Shown in pieces: positions 58,297 through 62,126 of a stretch of 62,126 nt of DNA (its first letter is position 1; every line of letters begins with the position of its first letter). The notes under the pieces are model-generated. The model had not been told where the DNA came from. It ran no database searches and saw only the letters and a program-made list of their open reading frames with translations. The position numbers and the translations under genes are program-made. The stretch lies in contig JAGGYH010000098.1 of assembly GCA_021162615.1 (NCBI GenBank), forward strand, positions 1 to 62,126, written 5' to 3'. This DNA comes from Candidatus Aminicenantes bacterium (GTDB lineage Bacteria > Acidobacteriota > Aminicenantia > Aminicenantales > Aminicenantaceae).

Positions 58297-59262
58297 ATGA
58301 CAAACATGAAGTTTACCCAGATAGACACAGGCACAATCAATACAAAGGAGAGAAGATTCCAGATTTCACCTTATTTCTCTGTAGATTCTCTCGTCCTTTC
58401 CATTAAAAAAACAGGATTATTGAATCCGCCTGTCATAACAAAAAGGGAAGAAAAACATGTTATTGTTTCAGGCTGGAGAAGAATATTTGCCTGCAGAGAA
58501 CTATCGATCCCTTCTATCCCTGTGTTTGTTATGGATGAGACAAAAGACCTTGAAGCGTTTAAAGTCCCTGTTTTTGAGAATTTATCCATAAGGGATTACA
58601 CACAGATCGAAAAAGCCGCAGTTATAAGAAAACTTGATGGCTTTGGCGAGTCTCCGGAGAACATCATTCAAAGATATCTGCCTCTTTTAAAGGCCCCTCC
58701 CACGCGGGAGGTTATGGATGCTTATATTAAGATCGACCGGCTCAATGAAAATATAAAGGAAACAGCCCATAATAAAAAGTGGCCGTTTGCAACCTTAGAG
58801 CTCATGACAGAATGGACTGAAAGAGAAAGGCAGGGCCTTTTTCCGTTTGTAAAAGAATTGAGTCTTAACAAGCAAAAAGAGCTGATAGAAAACCTTTTTG
58901 AAGTTTCCAGAAAAAAAGGTATTTCCGTTCAAAGCATATTAAGCTCCGGAGAGTTTGCAAAGGTGCAGAAAGACATCAGCCTTTCTCCAATGCAAAAAGC
59001 GGAAAAAATCCGCTTGTTAGCAAGAACGCAGAGATATCCTTCCCTCAGCTCATGGAAAGAAGCGTTTGAAAAGGTCAGTGAGAATCTGAACCTTCCTGAG
59101 GAGATAGCTGTGATCCCTTCAAAGTTTTTTGAGGATGAGGTCATTTCAATACGATTGAATGTCAAAAATAAAAAAGAATTAGAAAAATACGCTGATAAAC
59201 TCAAAGAGCTGTCTTCAAAAAAAGAAATTTCTCTTCTTTTTAATCCATTCTCTCATGATTAA
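58297..59262 (+). CDS. ParB/Srx N-terminal domain protein
   Basis: SIKKTGLLNPPVI box and IVSGWRR arginine patch, followed by a helical region. Confidence 0.75.
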   Translation: MTNMKFTQIDTGTINTKERRFQISPYFSVDSLVLSIKKTGLLNPPVITKREEKHVIVSGWRRIFACRELSIPSIPVFVMDETKDLEAFKVPVFENLSIRDYTQIEKAAVIRKLDGFGESPENIIQRYLPLLKAPPTREVMDAYIKIDRLNENIKETAHNKKWPFATLELMTEWTERERQGLFPFVKELSLNKQKELIENLFEVSRKKGISVQSILSSGEFAKVQKDISLSPMQKAEKIRLLARTQRYPSLSSWKEAFEKVSENLNLPEEIAVIPSKFFEDEVISIRLNVKNKKELEKYADKLKELSSKKEISLLFNPFSHD

Positions 59263-60370
59263 GCCGCACACTCAAATCAAAAAGGTCTTCATTGAAAAAG
59301 GAAGCCTCCAGTATCCTCTTGCCCAAAAAGTGTTGAAAAACTTAGGCCCTGTTCCCGTAGAGATAATAAATGATGAGGAGGAAGTTATTGAAAAGTATAA
59401 CCTGCTTAAAGATCCTGTCGGAGAGGGGAAAAAAGCTCTTCTGTTAAAGCCGTTGAAAGGCGATTTCATTAAACCCTGTCCGTGCACTCCTCATTACCTT
59501 GGATGCAATTATTACATAATAAACACAGACCTGAATTGTCCCATGGATTGTACTTACTGTATCCTGCAGCACTATCTTGATAATCCTGTGATGGTATCAC
59601 ACGTCAACACAAATGACCTATGGGAACAGCTGGATCGGTTTCTGTACCAGCACAGGAGCCGGTTTATTCGCATTGGGACAGGGGAGTTGGGTGATTCGCT
59701 GGCCCTGGATGATATCACAGAGCGTTCCAAAGAGTTTATTGCCTATTTCAGAGAAAAGACCAGGGTGAATTTCGAACTTAAAACGAAGACTATAAATACA
59801 GACAACATCCTCTGTGAGAAACCGGCTGATAACATCATCATTGCATGGTCACTCAACACAGAACTTATGGCGAAGAAAGAAGAAAAGGGTGCTCCTGCGG
59901 TTAAAGACAGGATCGAGGCCGCATATGAAGTGCAGAAAAAAGGCTTTAGAGTCGCCTTTCACTTTGACCCGTTGATTTTATATAGGGGATGGGAGCAGGA
60001 TTACAGGGATATTATAGACAGGCTGTTTTCCAGGATAGATCCGTCCGGGATAGCCTGGATAAGCATAGGGTCGCTGCGGTTTCCCAAACCGCTTAAAACC
60101 CTGATCAGAAAGAGGTTCCCTTTGAGTCAAATAATCTACGAAGAGATGGTGGGGGGAAAGGACGGCAAGTTAAGATATTTCAAGCCGATGCGGCTAAAGC
60201 TGTATCAGGATATAGTCAGAGATATCCGTTCCTGTGGCGGGAAAGGAGTGCCGCTTTATTTTTGTATGGAGAGTAATGAAATATGGAGGAAGATACTCAA
60301 TAAAGAACCTGGGAGTAAAGAGGAAGTCGAAGCCTTCCTTTCTTTACTCCCAAGATTTAAAGCAACTTAA
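59255..60370 (+). CDS. Spore photoproduct lyase-like radical SAM protein
   Basis: CPMDCTYC, ELKTK, WSLN, RIEAA, FHFDP, KLRYF, LYFCME. Confidence 0.8.
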   Translation: MIKPHTQIKKVFIEKGSLQYPLAQKVLKNLGPVPVEIINDEEEVIEKYNLLKDPVGEGKKALLLKPLKGDFIKPCPCTPHYLGCNYYIINTDLNCPMDCTYCILQHYLDNPVMVSHVNTNDLWEQLDRFLYQHRSRFIRIGTGELGDSLALDDITERSKEFIAYFREKTRVNFELKTKTINTDNILCEKPADNIIIAWSLNTELMAKKEEKGAPAVKDRIEAAYEVQKKGFRVAFHFDPLILYRGWEQDYRDIIDRLFSRIDPSGIAWISIGSLRFPKPLKTLIRKRFPLSQIIYEEMVGGKDGKLRYFKPMRLKLYQDIVRDIRSCGGKGVPLYFCMESNEIWRKILNKEPGSKEEVEAFLSLLPRFKAT

Positions 60371-60382
60371 ACATATGCTTGA

Positions 60383-60811
60383 TTATTTGATTGTCTCTGC
60401 TTTTTTATCAGTGATAATTCCGATATCCTCTACGCCGGCATTTTTCATTGTTCCGATGAGCTCAACGATGTTTCCGAAATCTAGATCCTGGTCTGCCTTT
60501 AAATAGAGTTTTTTGTCAGTAGCCTGCATCAAAGCGTCTTCCAAGAGGATTTGGAGTGGGTTTCTATCATCAACTTTTTGGTCATTAACGAACAATGTGC
60601 CGTCTTTTTTTATGTAGAGAATGACATCAGGATTATCAGGCATTTCTATTGTGTTTGAGGCGACAGGAAGCTTTAGATCAACGCCTTGTTGGACCAGAGG
60701 GGTTACGACCATGAAAATAATCAATAGAACAAGCAGCACATCACAAAGAGGGACAACATTAGGTTCAGCATTGACAGCTTCTTTCTTCATTTTAAGAGCT
60801 TTAAGACCCAT
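60383..60811 (-). CDS. exbD: ExbD/TolR biopolymer transport protein
   Basis: NVVPLCDVLLVLLIIFMV, LKADQ. Confidence 0.88.
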   Translation of the reverse strand: MGLKALKMKKEAVNAEPNVVPLCDVLLVLLIIFMVVTPLVQQGVDLKLPVASNTIEMPDNPDVILYIKKDGTLFVNDQKVDDRNPLQILLEDALMQATDKKLYLKADQDLDFGNIVELIGTMKNAGVEDIGIITDKKAETIK

Positions 60812-60860
60812 TTTATACCTCTTTCAAAAATTTATATTTTTAACAACGTCTTTGTTGGAC

Positions 60861-61544
60861 TTATTCCTTTCCCCGTTCTTTCCTTCTTGCGAAGAAATCA
60901 ACGACTTCAGAGCCGGTATTAGCCATTTCAGCTCCGAAGACATCCACTCTTTCAGCCAAGAAATTGTAGCACCAGAGAGCCACAACAGCCACTAGGATTC
61001 CGAAAGCTGTAGAGATAAGAGCTTCTGCGATTCCAGATATAACAGCTCCTAATCCGCCAGAACCTGTAAGAGCGATGCCGCGGAAAGCATTGATGATACC
61101 CAGAATAGTCCCGAACAGGCCAATAAAGGGTGCAGATGTGGCTATCGTTGCCACAATGTTGAGTCCTCTTTTCAGTTCTTGAGTAAACATAACAGAAGCT
61201 CTGTCAGTGCCTCTTTCAGCGGTTTCTACCTGCTGATCAAAACCGATACCAGCTTCTTCGCCTTCCAAAAATTCTTTGATTCCAGCTGCAGAAACTCTAG
61301 CAAGATGGCTTCTTTTGTTTTCTTTCTTGGCAGCAAGATTAAGGGCTTCCTTGTTTTTTCCTGCTCTGAGTAATTCTTCCAATTTCGGAGCGATAATTCG
61401 GGATCTCTTCTTTGCTTTTCTGAAGACGAGCTGACGTTCGATGAAAAGGTAAATTGTCAAGATAGAAAGTAATATCAGAACACCAGCAACGAACCTAACA
61501 GGTACGCCCATTGAGTTCCATAATTCTACTAGATTAAATTGCAT
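60861..61544 (-). CDS. exbB: ExbB/TolQ proton channel
   Basis: APFIGLFGTILGI, GIAEALISTAFG. Confidence 0.88.
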   Translation of the reverse strand: MQFNLVELWNSMGVPVRFVAGVLILLSILTIYLFIERQLVFRKAKKRSRIIAPKLEELLRAGKNKEALNLAAKKENKRSHLARVSAAGIKEFLEGEEAGIGFDQQVETAERGTDRASVMFTQELKRGLNIVATIATSAPFIGLFGTILGIINAFRGIALTGSGGLGAVISGIAEALISTAFGILVAVVALWCYNFLAERVDVFGAEMANTGSEVVDFFARRKERGKE

Positions 61545-61588
61545 TTTTTGTGCCTCCTTTTAATTATCGTAAGCATTCATTTAGCTTC

Positions 61589-62126
61589 TTATTTTAATTC
61601 GAATGTGACCGTGACCGTAAAAATAACAGGCCTCGGGCGGCCGTTAATGACCATGGGTTCATAGAGCCACTGGCGCACCGCATCTTTGGCCGCCTGGTCC
61701 AGCAGTGGTACTGATTTAAGCACTCTGACACTCTGAACACGGCCGTAGATATCAGTGGTGGCTTCGATGATCACAACTCCTTCCACCTTTGCCTGGATTG
61801 CGATTTCAGGATAATCAGGTGGTACCCTGCGTATGAGCTTTGGCCTTTTGATTGAACCTCCCACTCTTATAGGGGCTTCGACCTGTCCGACAACACCACC
61901 TAAAACGCCGCCGACGACACCGCCGAGCACGCCGCCTTCGACGCCGCCTTCGACTCCGCCTTCGACTCCGCCTTCGATACCGAAGTCGGTCAGTTCTTCT
62001 TCAGCGATTTCGTCAGGGATATCGACAGGGGCGACAAGCTGACCCGGCTGGATATTGGTTTGGGCTTTAACAGGTTGTATTTTGGTAACGGATTTGGAGC
62101 TGCTGCGTTTTTTAGCAGGGGGAGGC
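61589..62126 (-). CDS. tonB: Energy transducer TonB (5'-truncated by the window edge)
   Basis: Pro-rich start, (GGVE/GGVL/GGVV)n linker, PDYPEIA...VEGVV, LDQAAKDAVRQW. The frame is open to the end of the window. Confidence 0.88.
   Translation of the reverse strand, partial: PPPAKKRSSSKSVTKIQPVKAQTNIQPGQLVAPVDIPDEIAEEELTDFGIEGGVEGGVEGGVEGGVLGGVVGGVLGGVVGQVEAPIRVGGSIKRPKLIRRVPPDYPEIAIQAKVEGVVIIEATTDIYGRVQSVRVLKSVPLLDQAAKDAVRQWLYEPMVINGRPRPVIFTVTVTFELK

Noticed and set aside
61890-61980. 12-bp tandem repeats
   Set aside because: They encode the ordinary GGVx linker of TonB.

Overview
This is an AT-rich bacterial chromosomal window, mostly housekeeping and envelope genes. It carries nfi, rodZ-like-ntrYX-mgtE-recO, a TRAP transporter, an RND system, phoH-HDIG-ybeY-era, ugd/wbaP/O-antigen ligase, hypCDE, uppS-cdsA-dxr-rseP-ispG, tonB-exbB-exbD, tRNA-Thr(CGT) and tRNA-His(GTG). 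The gene content suggests a diderm anaerobe, possibly Aminicenantia/Acidobacteriota; that taxonomy is inference only. Five things stand out. (1) A complete, translationally coupled gatE-gatD operon, an amidotransferase classically regarded as archaea-specific, sits in a clearly bacterial context. (2) A ParB/Srx-domain gene is coupled to a spore-photoproduct-lyase-like radical SAM enzyme that appears to lack the SPL radical-relay residues, opposite a nucleoside phosphorylase. (3) About 15 copies or fragments of two non-autonomous palindromic elements (A ~253 bp, B ~175 bp) nest in each other, show compensatory changes at their ends, and contribute start, RBS or C-terminal sequence to host genes. 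(4) A candidate sRNA with a promoter, a long closing stem, a CCUCCU loop motif and a poly-U tail follows tRNA-Thr. (5) A 2-hydroxyacid dehydrogenase pseudogene has an internal deletion. No transposase, integrase, CRISPR array or rRNA was seen. All calls come from reading motifs by eye; no database searches were run.
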